DNA of 64,000 nucleotides from Candidatus Poribacteria bacterium (GTDB lineage Bacteria; Poribacteria; WGA-4E; WGA-3G): NCBI GenBank assembly GCA_965208245.1, contig OZ242325.1, positions 2,581,878 to 2,645,877 of the forward strand, read 5' to 3'. Shown piece by piece: positions 10,006 to 18,053 of this stretch (position 1 is its first letter; each line of letters starts with the position of its first letter). The notes under the pieces were generated by a model. It saw only the letters and a program-made list of their open reading frames with translations, ran no database searches and was not told where the DNA came from. The position numbers and the translations under genes were made by a program.

Positions 10006-10419
10006 ATGAGTACAAATCCACACGTTATAGGTTTTGATAAACAAATCCCGATCGACCGCGGCACAGGTGTGAAAACGGTTCCGTTGACTGGTAAGTGAAT
10101 CGACTCAACATCACTGACAAATGGTATTACGATGTTTGAACCGGGAGTAGCTATTGCCAGACATTACCATAACTGTGATGAATCGGTGACAATCCTGGAA
10201 GGTGAAGCCACTTGCAAAGTAGATGGTGAAATCTTCAAAATGAATGCTTACGATACAACCTTTGTTCCCGCTGGTATTCCACACCAATTCTGGAATGAAA
10301 GCGATACCAAAATGAAAATACTTTGGACTTATGCTTCTGTTGAAGTGACTCGCACATTTACCGAAACCGGTGAGACAGTCGGACATTTAACAGCCGCAGA
10401 CCAAGAAGTCGTATCGTAG
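10006..10419 (+). pseudogene. Cupin-domain protein interrupted by an in-frame TGA at 10096-10098
   Basis: An ATG at 10006 opens a cupin-like N-terminus (MSTNPHVIGFDKQIPIDRGTGVKTVPLTGK) in the same frame as the downstream cupin ORF (HYHNCDESVTILEGEA...). The two parts are separated only by a single TGA. Confidence 0.45.
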
Positions 10420-10437
10420 TTAACAGAAGGAATCTTT

Positions 10438-11679
10438 TTGATGTCTGTTAGAGACTATATTAAGCAAAATCAAACTGCCTTGTGTAGTTTGCTGCAAGAA
10501 CTCGTCAGAATCCCAACCATCAATCCACCAGGTGAAAACTATGCAGAGATGATTGAACTCCTTGATGAGAAATGCAAAACGTTGGGGATGAAGACAAAAA
10601 TTGTCCAAGTACCGAAGCGAACTGCTGAACAGATTGTTCCAAACGCAGCAGATTATACAAGATTCAACCTAATAGCAAGATGGGATGTCGGAGCGGAAAA
10701 GACAGTGCATTTCAACGCACACTATGATGTTGTACCAGTAGCCGGACAGTGGCAACATAACGACCCTTTTAGTGGTCAGATTGAAGGAGACTGGTTATAC
10801 GGACGTGGTGCAGACGATATGAAGGATGCAATAGCAGCTCTACTTTTCGCAATTAAAGCTGTTCAAGATAATGACATCTCCCCTCTGTTTAACATTGAAT
10901 GTTCATTCACATGTGATGAAGAGACAGGAGGACAATTAGGCGCAGGATATATCGTCGAAAAAAAGTTAGTCAAAGCCGATTACGTTGTAAACTGTGAAGG
11001 TGGTGCCGAAATGAACATCGGCAACGGACACAACGGCGCACTATGGTTCGAAATTGAGGTTAAAGGAAAAGCTGCACACGGATCACATCCTGAGAAAGGT
11101 GTGAATGCTTTTGAAAAAACTGCAGAACTCGTCTCGGTCCTACAAAGACTAAAACGTCGACTAAGGTCCCCAGAACGTGCCTTCATCCTCTCTGATGGTT
11201 CGGAACGATTTCCTTCCTTGAATCTCGGTGGAACTTTTCAAGGCACCGAAGGAGATAAAGTCAACACCGTTCCAGCACGACTATCTTTCACGCTTGATAG
11301 ACGCATCACACCTAACGAAAAACTTGAACTCGCTGAGCTTGAACTGATGGAAACAATAAACAGCGCAACCGAATTCTACCAAGATATGAACCTAAATACA
11401 CAAGCAATCTTACGAATTCATCCATGTTTGACAGACACTGACTCTCCATTAGCGAAAGGTTTTGCAGATGCCGTGCGAACAATTCGGCACAGAAAACCGA
11501 TTTTCAAGCCAACAACAGGATTTACCGATTTGCACTATTTTGTCAACACAGGTCTAACCGGAATAGGTTACGGACCACGGGGTGAGGAAGGACATGCAAT
11601 CAACGAACGCGTCTTTATTCCTGATCTGGTCCGGACTTCCGCTATCTATGCAACTTTCATGACAAGGACAGAATTATAG
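10438..11679 (+). CDS. M20-family metallopeptidase (ArgE/DapE/acetylornithine deacetylase-like)
   Basis: HFNAHYDVVP...GRGADDMKD...CDEETGG metal-binding motifs and a dimerisation domain. Confidence 0.8.
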   Translation: MMSVRDYIKQNQTALCSLLQELVRIPTINPPGENYAEMIELLDEKCKTLGMKTKIVQVPKRTAEQIVPNAADYTRFNLIARWDVGAEKTVHFNAHYDVVPVAGQWQHNDPFSGQIEGDWLYGRGADDMKDAIAALLFAIKAVQDNDISPLFNIECSFTCDEETGGQLGAGYIVEKKLVKADYVVNCEGGAEMNIGNGHNGALWFEIEVKGKAAHGSHPEKGVNAFEKTAELVSVLQRLKRRLRSPERAFILSDGSERFPSLNLGGTFQGTEGDKVNTVPARLSFTLDRRITPNEKLELAELELMETINSATEFYQDMNLNTQAILRIHPCLTDTDSPLAKGFADAVRTIRHRKPIFKPTTGFTDLHYFVNTGLTGIGYGPRGEEGHAINERVFIPDLVRTSAIYATFMTRTEL

Positions 11680-11708
11680 AACATTAGTAAAGTGTCTAAT
11701 CTTACATT

Positions 11709-11736
11709 GTAGGTCGGGTAGAGCGAAGCGAAACCC
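11709..11736. mobile_element. MITE-like element, truncated half copy
   Basis: gtaggtcgggtagagcgaagcgaaaccc is present without the right arm. Confidence 0.6.
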
Positions 11737-11748
11737 AACAAAATTAAA

Positions 11749-12186
11749 TTGGACAGAACATTGTTCATGAACAGAAACAGCGGTATGACTCGCATTCAAC
11801 TTATCATACTTGTAACCTTAGTAATTGTAATAGGAATCCTCTCTTATCCGCCTTGGGCAGAATACAGAAAAGTAACACAAGCAGATATCAACGTTGAAAC
11901 ACTGTCGATCGCTATCAAAAAATACTACAAATATACACAACAATACCCCACAAGTCTTGAACAACTATTAACAAACCCAAATTCAGATTCCAGGCGAAGT
12001 CCATATCTGAAATCAATACCAGAGACTCCTTGGGGTGGGAATTATACGCTAATACATGACCAGTTTAAAGTAGGTATCGCCAAGGAACATGCGCGGGTGC
12101 CTGAGAAATATCGTATAGGGGGTATCGCTGAAATAAGCAGAGTCTATCTTATGGATGCAACAGAAGGTGAACAGTATTGGTGGTGA
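11749..12186 (+). CDS. GspG-like pseudopilin with a prepilin-type N-terminus
   Basis: Prepilin leader ending in G, then a hydrophobic helix (G|MTRIQLIILVTLVIVIG), and a GspG-like body (YPTSLEQLLTNP...SPYLKSIPETPWGGNY). Position +5 is Q rather than the canonical E. Confidence 0.55.
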   Translation: MDRTLFMNRNSGMTRIQLIILVTLVIVIGILSYPPWAEYRKVTQADINVETLSIAIKKYYKYTQQYPTSLEQLLTNPNSDSRRSPYLKSIPETPWGGNYTLIHDQFKVGIAKEHARVPEKYRIGGIAEISRVYLMDATEGEQYWW

Positions 12187-12189
12187 TCT

Positions 12190-13002
12190 TTGGAACACAT
12201 AGTGATACAAATCTTCATTAGTATATTAGGTTTAGCAATTGGAAGTTTTCTAAATGTATGTATCTATCGCATCCCGCATGAAGATCTAACCTTATGTTCC
12301 CCCAGACGTTCCTTCTGTCCAGAATGCAATGAATCCATACAGTTTTACGACAACATACCCCTCTTAAGTTATCTAATCTTGGGAGGAAAATGTCGCAAAT
12401 GCAAAACCAAAATTTCAGTAATTTATCCTTTAGTTGAAGTAGCCACAGCGATTCTGTTTCTTGTGATGTATTACAAATTCGGCAAATCTGGAAAGACACT
12501 TGAGTTCCTACATGCGATAATTTTCATTTCCATACTAATTCCGATTTTTGTCATTGATGCACAACACCTAATTATTCCTAACACAATTAGTATCGTTGGA
12601 CTTTCACTCGGTATCGTAATTGTAGGTCTGACAGCCTATTATAGTCAAGATTTAAATTATTTACGTGATAGACTAATAGGTTTTGTTCTCGGTGGATTAA
12701 GCTTGGGATTGATAGCGATAGTCGGCAGTGCGATAATGCGAAAGAAAGCGATGGGCATGGGAGATGTGAAGTTAATGGCACTCATCGGTTTATATCTCGG
12801 AGCATTTCCAGCACTCCCTTTAGTCATAGGATTATCTGCCTTCGGTGGTGCATTAATTGGAACGATCTTGATATCAATTGGCAAAAAGAGTCGTCAGAGT
12901 CCGATTCCTTATGGACCCTTTATCGCAGGTGCTGCAGTTATAGTCTTACTGTGGGGTGATGCTCTCTGGGAAAAATACCTGCAGTTAGCAGGATGGAATT
13001 AA
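12190..13002 (+). CDS. pilD: Prepilin leader peptidase/N-methyltransferase (A24 family), TTG start
   Basis: Zinc-ribbon CPECNESIQ...CRKCKTKI, 6-8 transmembrane segments, and the conserved GMGDVKL aspartyl-protease motif. Confidence 0.8.
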   Translation: MEHIVIQIFISILGLAIGSFLNVCIYRIPHEDLTLCSPRRSFCPECNESIQFYDNIPLLSYLILGGKCRKCKTKISVIYPLVEVATAILFLVMYYKFGKSGKTLEFLHAIIFISILIPIFVIDAQHLIIPNTISIVGLSLGIVIVGLTAYYSQDLNYLRDRLIGFVLGGLSLGLIAIVGSAIMRKKAMGMGDVKLMALIGLYLGAFPALPLVIGLSAFGGALIGTILISIGKKSRQSPIPYGPFIAGAAVIVLLWGDALWEKYLQLAGWN

Positions 13003-13067
13003 CTATTGTTGTATTTTTGATGTGTAATGTAGTACAATACTATACAAAAACACAAAAGGTAAGTCAA

Positions 13068-13310
13068 ATGCATATTGATATACATAAACAGACAGATGAT
13101 TATTTGACACAATTAATCATGCGGTCTGTCGCCGGAGAAGAAATTATATTTGATAGCAATGGAACCTCTGTTGCCAAACTGGTCCCTTTAAAGCATGGTG
13201 ACAAGAAACCTCGCCGTGGTGGACAGTGGAAGGGAAAAGTGAAGATTGCTGAAGATTTTGACGAATTGCCGGATTCGTTTATGGCTGCTTTTCGTGGGGC
13301 AAACGAATGA
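13068..13310 (+). CDS. vapB: Type II antitoxin, Phd/YefM-like, partner of the PIN toxin (start chosen at ATG 13068; the ORF-track start is 12993)
   Basis: N-terminal Phd/YefM-like fold (EEIIFDSNGTSVAKLVP) with a C-terminal GKVKIAEDFDELPDSFMAAF toxin-binding motif. Its stop overlaps the toxin start as ATGA. Confidence 0.55.
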   Translation: MHIDIHKQTDDYLTQLIMRSVAGEEIIFDSNGTSVAKLVPLKHGDKKPRRGGQWKGKVKIAEDFDELPDSFMAAFRGANE

Positions 13311-13684
13311 ATCTACTATTAGATACTCACGTCTTGTTGTGGTGACTTGATGATCCAACACTATTATCTGAACAAGCATTGACAGCTATAGAAGACATCA
13401 ATAATGAAGTTGTTGTCAGTGCGGTTTCAGCATGGGAGATCGCAATTAAAAAGACTCTCGGTAAACTTGAGGCTCCTAACAACCTTAAGCCGATGATAGA
13501 GGATGCAGGATTTACGTTAATGCCAATCATTTATGAACATGTCTGGGAGGTACAATACCTACCGTTCCACCATGATGATCCGTTTGATAGGTTGTTAGTC
13601 GCTCAGACTAAAGTTGAAAATCTAATGCTTGTTACCCGTGATTCGAGACTCAGAGCATATAACATACCTATCCTTGCTGCATAA
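13307..13684 (+). pseudogene. vapC: PIN-domain toxin VapC with an in-frame TGA at 13343-13345 replacing the conserved Trp
   Basis: MNLLLDTHVLLW-TGA-LDDPTLLSEQAL...SAWEIAIK... is the common VapC N-terminus LLDTHVLLWWLDDP with the second TGG codon replaced by TGA. Confidence 0.55.
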
Positions 13685-13730
13685 TTCAACTGAGTAGGTA
13701 TCATCAGTCCCGTATGAAGATTAAACAAAG

Positions 13731-13790
13731 TTTTGGGTAATCCAATCCATCAAAATGATCGTAGGGGCGGGGTTTCCCCGCCCGCATACT
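13731..13790. repeat. REP-B hairpin, long form (tttgggtaatccaat.catca...atcgtaggggcggggtttccccgcccgcat)
   Basis: Shares about 30 bp of 5' flank plus the hairpin with the copy at 29524-29602. Confidence 0.8.
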
Positions 13791-13917
13791 ACAGTTTCCA
13801 CTGACCGTATATTATCCAATTTAAATCTTAATCTTCATCCGCTTACCGTAGCCATAAGGTACAAAGGAAAAGATATGAACAAAAAACTAAAGACGTTAAA
13901 AGTAAAAAGAGGATTAT

Positions 13918-14087
13918 ATGTCCGTAAAAGACGCAATACTTTTGAGACGAACCATTTTCAAATTTAAACAGGAACCCCTTTCAAACGATGCAATTAAACA
14001 AATCTTCAGTTACGGGATATTGGCACCGAACCACCATGTCACCGAGCCGTGGCGGTTTATTGTCCCTGCTAAACGCTTCTGGCAATA
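13918..14087 (+). pseudogene. 5' fragment (56 codons) of a nitroreductase gene, diverged paralog of the intact gene at 17484
   Basis: MSVKDAILLRRTIFKFKQEPLSNDAIKQIFSYGILAPNHHVTEPWRF aligns with the first 47 aa of the 17484 ORF (MEVKDAITSRRSIFKFKQEHVPSEVIEQIFSYGIWAPNHHITEPWRF) and ends 9 codons later. Confidence 0.55.
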
Positions 14088-14099
14088 GGTGAAAGTCAG

Positions 14100-15986
14100 T
14101 TGATATTTTCTGTTAGGTCCATTGTCATAACATCAAGGCAAGTTGTATTTTGGAAAAAAAAGAAAATGAGCACAGCACTAAATCTACAAGATCACGTTTT
14201 CTATAACAATCGCGGTATTGATTACGAAGAAAAAGGAGAGTACGATCTTGCCATTAAAGATTTTTCAAAAGCAATTGATCTTAAACCAGACTATGACTTA
14301 GCCTATAACAATCGCGGTGCTGTCTATCGCAGTAAGGGAGAGCACGATTTAGCTATAGAAGACTGCAACAAAGCCATACAACTGAAACCCGACTATGCCG
14401 AACCCTATAATAATCGCGGAGCTGCTTACAGCAACAAAGGTGAGATTGACCGTGCCATTGAAGACTATAACATAGCAATACAACTAAAATCGGATTTTGT
14501 TCAAGCATATTATAATCGCGGTATTGCTTACCATGAAAAAGGTGAATTGGATCTTGCCATCAAAGACTATAGCAAGGCAATAAAACTGAATCCGAAACTT
14601 GTTCACCCCTACAATAATCGTGCCAATGCCTACCGTCAGAAACGATATTTTGATAAAGCCATTGAAGACTGTCATAAGGCAATAGAATTAGAACCAAAAC
14701 TCGGTCTTGCATATTATATACGTGGTGAGGTGTGGTTAAATCTTAAAGAATGGGATAAAGCCAGATCAGACCTAACAAGTGCAAAAAACATGGGAGTTGA
14801 TATTGTCAAAGCGTTTCATAATACTTATAGAGACATTTTTAACTTTGAACGAAGAAATGACGTTAAAGTACCGAAAGACATCTCTCTAATGCTGAGAGAA
14901 TACACAGTAAACCCATTTACCACTACACAAAAGATTGTGACTCGTGATGGAGAAACCCGGGAATCTGCTGCAGTATTAGAACTATTAGAAAAATTCCGTA
15001 ATGCTGGAAAACCGTTGCGCGAATATCTCCAAGAACCCTCTTCACGTGGGATTACCACAGGATATAACGAAGCGTTTATTGTCCACCGTGAGACACGGGA
15101 TGCACTCATTGCAGAACACCCATCATCTGCAAATATTTTAAAGCCGTTTCTAATGGCGCGCGACATTCAACGTTGGCGAGTAAAACCGACAGACGAGTCA
15201 CGCAGAGAGAGACAAGATAAATGGCTTATCTGGGCGCACCGAGGCATAGACATCAATGCTTATCCAGCTATCAAGAAACACTTGGAAAAGACACGTGACG
15301 CACTGGAAAAGAGATCGGGGAAACAGGAATGGTACGAACTCCAAACAGTACCGAAGGGAACAGATACATGTGAACAACCAAAGTGTATTTTTCCTGATTT
15401 AGTAAGTGCTACCGCGTTTGCTTATGATGATGAAGGTTATTATGTAGGAAGTCCCGCATCTCTTTTACCCACAAGTGAATTATGGATTCTTGGTGTGCTG
15501 AATACAAGACCAGTATCATGGTTTTATGCGCGAACTGCACCACTGATTCGGGGACAGTTTTTAAAATTCACATCTCAATATGTCGAACAAATTCCAATCC
15601 CTGATATGGAACCGGAACAGAAGGCACTTATTCACAAAATCGTCGAATATATTCTCTATCTCAAGAAACAACCGACAACGGATAGCAAAGACCTAGCACA
15701 CTCCAGAGACTATGTGATGGTGGCATATTTCGGTAATATCCTTAACGGGTTAACCTATGAACTCTATTTACCTGATGAACTCCATAAGGGTGATAAATAC
15801 TTTTTCCAGCCGTTATTTGACGAGAAATTACCAATACTTGAAAAGATTCAAGAACAGGAAATGGATGAAATGCACACATTTCGGGATATCTTTGAGCGAT
15901 TATATGATAAGCATCATCCAGTTGCAAGGAATCTTTTCTTTTTAGATGGTGTTAAACCTATTCGCATCATTGAGAGTAAGGCATGA
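14100..15986 (+). CDS. Fusion protein: N-terminal TPR repeats (about 6) plus a C-terminal type IIG/PglX-like target-recognition (TaqI_C-like) domain, with no methyltransferase domain
   Basis: Residues about 30-230 are canonical 34-aa TPRs (AYNNRG..YxxKGExDLAIxDxxKAIxL). The C-terminal roughly 400 aa align with the C-terminal region of the 1214-aa type IIG enzyme in this same window (GITTGYNEAFIV...ANILKPFLMARDIQRW against GIVTGCNEAFII...AEIIKPFLSGRDIKRF). TTG start at 14100 with AGGTGA 7 nt upstream; an alternative ATG lies at 14166. Confidence 0.6.
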   Translation: MIFSVRSIVITSRQVVFWKKKKMSTALNLQDHVFYNNRGIDYEEKGEYDLAIKDFSKAIDLKPDYDLAYNNRGAVYRSKGEHDLAIEDCNKAIQLKPDYAEPYNNRGAAYSNKGEIDRAIEDYNIAIQLKSDFVQAYYNRGIAYHEKGELDLAIKDYSKAIKLNPKLVHPYNNRANAYRQKRYFDKAIEDCHKAIELEPKLGLAYYIRGEVWLNLKEWDKARSDLTSAKNMGVDIVKAFHNTYRDIFNFERRNDVKVPKDISLMLREYTVNPFTTTQKIVTRDGETRESAAVLELLEKFRNAGKPLREYLQEPSSRGITTGYNEAFIVHRETRDALIAEHPSSANILKPFLMARDIQRWRVKPTDESRRERQDKWLIWAHRGIDINAYPAIKKHLEKTRDALEKRSGKQEWYELQTVPKGTDTCEQPKCIFPDLVSATAFAYDDEGYYVGSPASLLPTSELWILGVLNTRPVSWFYARTAPLIRGQFLKFTSQYVEQIPIPDMEPEQKALIHKIVEYILYLKKQPTTDSKDLAHSRDYVMVAYFGNILNGLTYELYLPDELHKGDKYFFQPLFDEKLPILEKIQEQEMDEMHTFRDIFERLYDKHHPVARNLFFLDGVKPIRIIESKA

Positions 15987-17416
15987 GAATTACAAAAATA
16001 GAGATTAAAAACTTTAGGGCTTTTCACGGCACCTATCAAATTGAGTTGTGTAAAGCAGGAAAAAATCTATTAGTTTATGGTGAAAATGGTAGTGGAAAAA
16101 CATCGTTGTATCAGGCATTAAAATTCTTTCTGGAATCCGGTGAAGGGATTCATCAATTTAAAAATCATCAGAATATCTTTATTGCAAACGATGATGGACA
16201 CATTAAACTACATCTCCGCGCAAACTCAGGATCCAATGAGCACGTGTATGAATGGTCCCAAAACATTAGAGAAACGAATGATCTATTGATTATCAATGCA
16301 TCAAAGGCAAAAGGGTTCCTTGACTATAAAAATCTGCTGGAAACGCATTTTATCCATCGTGAAGAAGAAAACGTGAATATCTTCAAATTGTTAGTGGATA
16401 ATCTTCTGATCAACACCGTCAATCCTGTAACAGATCGAACGCTTGGTGATGAATGGGAAAGCGTCCAACAGAAGCCGCGTCCCCGCCGAAACGCTAAAAC
16501 GAAAATCGCAGAATTGGAAACAGAAATAGAAACTTGCAACAGAGAATTAAGACGTAGATTGGAAATACTGCAAACAAAAACATCCGAGATTCTCCAAAAA
16601 TTTGGATATAACGTTACACTCAAATTAGATTTTCAAGGGATAACATACAACCAAGATGGCAAGACACTTGATAATCAAGAAATTTTCTTAAATGTTGAGT
16701 TTTTTGATAAAAGCATCTCTGAGCATCATCGCTTTCTAAACGAAGCAAAGTTGTCGGCAATAGCAATTTCTATCTACTTTTCATCAATCCTAATCCAGCC
16801 AGAAAGCGATTTAAAGGTTTTAGCATTAGATGATGTCCTAATCGGTCTGGACATGTCAAATCGTCTCCCAGTTCTTGATATTTTAGAAGAATATTTCGCA
16901 GATTACCAAATCTTTCTAACAACTTATGATAAAGCATGGTATGAAATCGTCAAACAGCGGACATCCCACGGTGGAAAGTGGAAAGCAGTTGAATTCTATT
17001 TTCGGCAAACCGATGAGTATGAAATTCCGGTTTATGTTGAAGATAAGGCATACCTTGACAAGGCGAAGGAATACCTTGAAGCAAACGACTATAAAACTTG
17101 TGCAGTTTATCTTCGGACTGCTTTTGAGATAATAATAGAGGAGTTTTGTCACAGTAAACATCTTCCTGTAAAATATCACCGAGATCCGAACAAACAGGAT
17201 TCTCAGGTTTTCTGGGATGCAATAAAAATTGAGAATAAAAGAATGACAGAAAAGGAATCCCATACCTTGTTAGAACAAGATCTTATCAACAGTATTGAGT
17301 TGTATAGGAGTCGTATTCTAAATCCACTCAGCCATGCTACCATTGCCAACATACCAAAGAAAGAAATTGAAGATACCCTTGAAGCGGTAGAACGCCTTAA
17401 AACTACGTTGGGATAA
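15983..17416 (+). CDS. SMC/RecF/ABC-like ATPase with a coiled-coil insert and a C-terminal helical domain carrying an Rx6H (HEPN-like) motif
   Basis: Walker A LVYGENGSGKTSLYQAL, a coiled coil (KIAELETEIETCNRELRRRLEIL), an ABC-signature-like LNEAKLSAIAIS, Walker B/D-loop KVLALDDVLIGLD and Q-/H-loop-like QIFLTTYD. C-terminal ...RSRILNPLSHA. The ATGA start overlaps the stop of the upstream gene. Confidence 0.6.
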   Translation: MRITKIEIKNFRAFHGTYQIELCKAGKNLLVYGENGSGKTSLYQALKFFLESGEGIHQFKNHQNIFIANDDGHIKLHLRANSGSNEHVYEWSQNIRETNDLLIINASKAKGFLDYKNLLETHFIHREEENVNIFKLLVDNLLINTVNPVTDRTLGDEWESVQQKPRPRRNAKTKIAELETEIETCNRELRRRLEILQTKTSEILQKFGYNVTLKLDFQGITYNQDGKTLDNQEIFLNVEFFDKSISEHHRFLNEAKLSAIAISIYFSSILIQPESDLKVLALDDVLIGLDMSNRLPVLDILEEYFADYQIFLTTYDKAWYEIVKQRTSHGGKWKAVEFYFRQTDEYEIPVYVEDKAYLDKAKEYLEANDYKTCAVYLRTAFEIIIEEFCHSKHLPVKYHRDPNKQDSQVFWDAIKIENKRMTEKESHTLLEQDLINSIELYRSRILNPLSHATIANIPKKEIEDTLEAVERLKTTLG

Positions 17417-17483
17417 ACGGAATCCAACGGTTGCAATTTCCCTTCAAATCCAGTATAATATACTGACAATAAGGAGGAAATCT

Positions 17484-18053
17484 ATGGAAGTAAAAGATGC
17501 AATAACGTCAAGAAGGTCAATTTTCAAATTCAAACAGGAACACGTCCCAAGCGAAGTAATTGAACAAATCTTCAGTTACGGAATTTGGGCACCAAACCAT
17601 CATATCACAGAACCGTGGCGTTTCACCGTTATCGGTGAAAAAACTAAAAAGATACTCGCCGAAAGATACCGTGATATAAAAATGGAGGATACACCAGACC
17701 ACGTCGATACAGTGAATCTTGCAAAGATAGGTCAAATGGCTTACGAAAAATTTATGTCTAAACCAACTATCATTGCAGTGTCTTGTATACAGGACGGAGA
17801 TGAGCAGAGACAACGTGAAGACTATGCGGCTACCTGTTGTGCAATGCAGAACGTCCAACTCGCAGCGTGGGATGCTGGTATCGGTATGCAATGGAGCACA
17901 GGGAAAATCACAATGGAAGAAGCAACCTATAAACTGCTCGGTATAGATCCATCAGAAGAATACATTATAGGATTCTTCTATACCGGCTATCCTGCAGAAA
18001 TTAAGGATCCGCACCGCAAACCAGCAGCTGAGTTTATGCGATGGGTAGCTTAG
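17484..18053 (+). CDS. Nitroreductase-family protein (intact)
   Basis: Nitroreductase fold (RRSIFKF..., ...EPWRF...). Confidence 0.8.
   Translation: MEVKDAITSRRSIFKFKQEHVPSEVIEQIFSYGIWAPNHHITEPWRFTVIGEKTKKILAERYRDIKMEDTPDHVDTVNLAKIGQMAYEKFMSKPTIIAVSCIQDGDEQRQREDYAATCCAMQNVQLAAWDAGIGMQWSTGKITMEEATYKLLGIDPSEEYIIGFFYTGYPAEIKDPHRKPAAEFMRWVA

Noticed and set aside
11749-13002. Possible type II secretion or type IV pilus gene cluster.
   Set aside because: Only a pseudopilin and a prepilin peptidase are present. There are no ATPase, platform or secretin genes in the window, so no system-level call is made.
10096-13345. In-frame TGA codons in two genes (cupin, vapC) might indicate UGA recoding (Trp or Gly, as in some candidate phyla) or selenocysteine.
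   Set aside because: TGA ends several confidently called genes in this window (the SpoU-family MTase, grpE, the gspG-like gene, the TPR lipoprotein gene), and no SECIS-like context was seen. Nonsense mutations or sequencing errors are more likely.
13755-13967. Predicted 70-aa ORF in the ORF track.
   Set aside because: It overlaps a REP hairpin and lies in a different frame from the clearly homologous nitroreductase 5' fragment (13918-14087). It is probably spurious.
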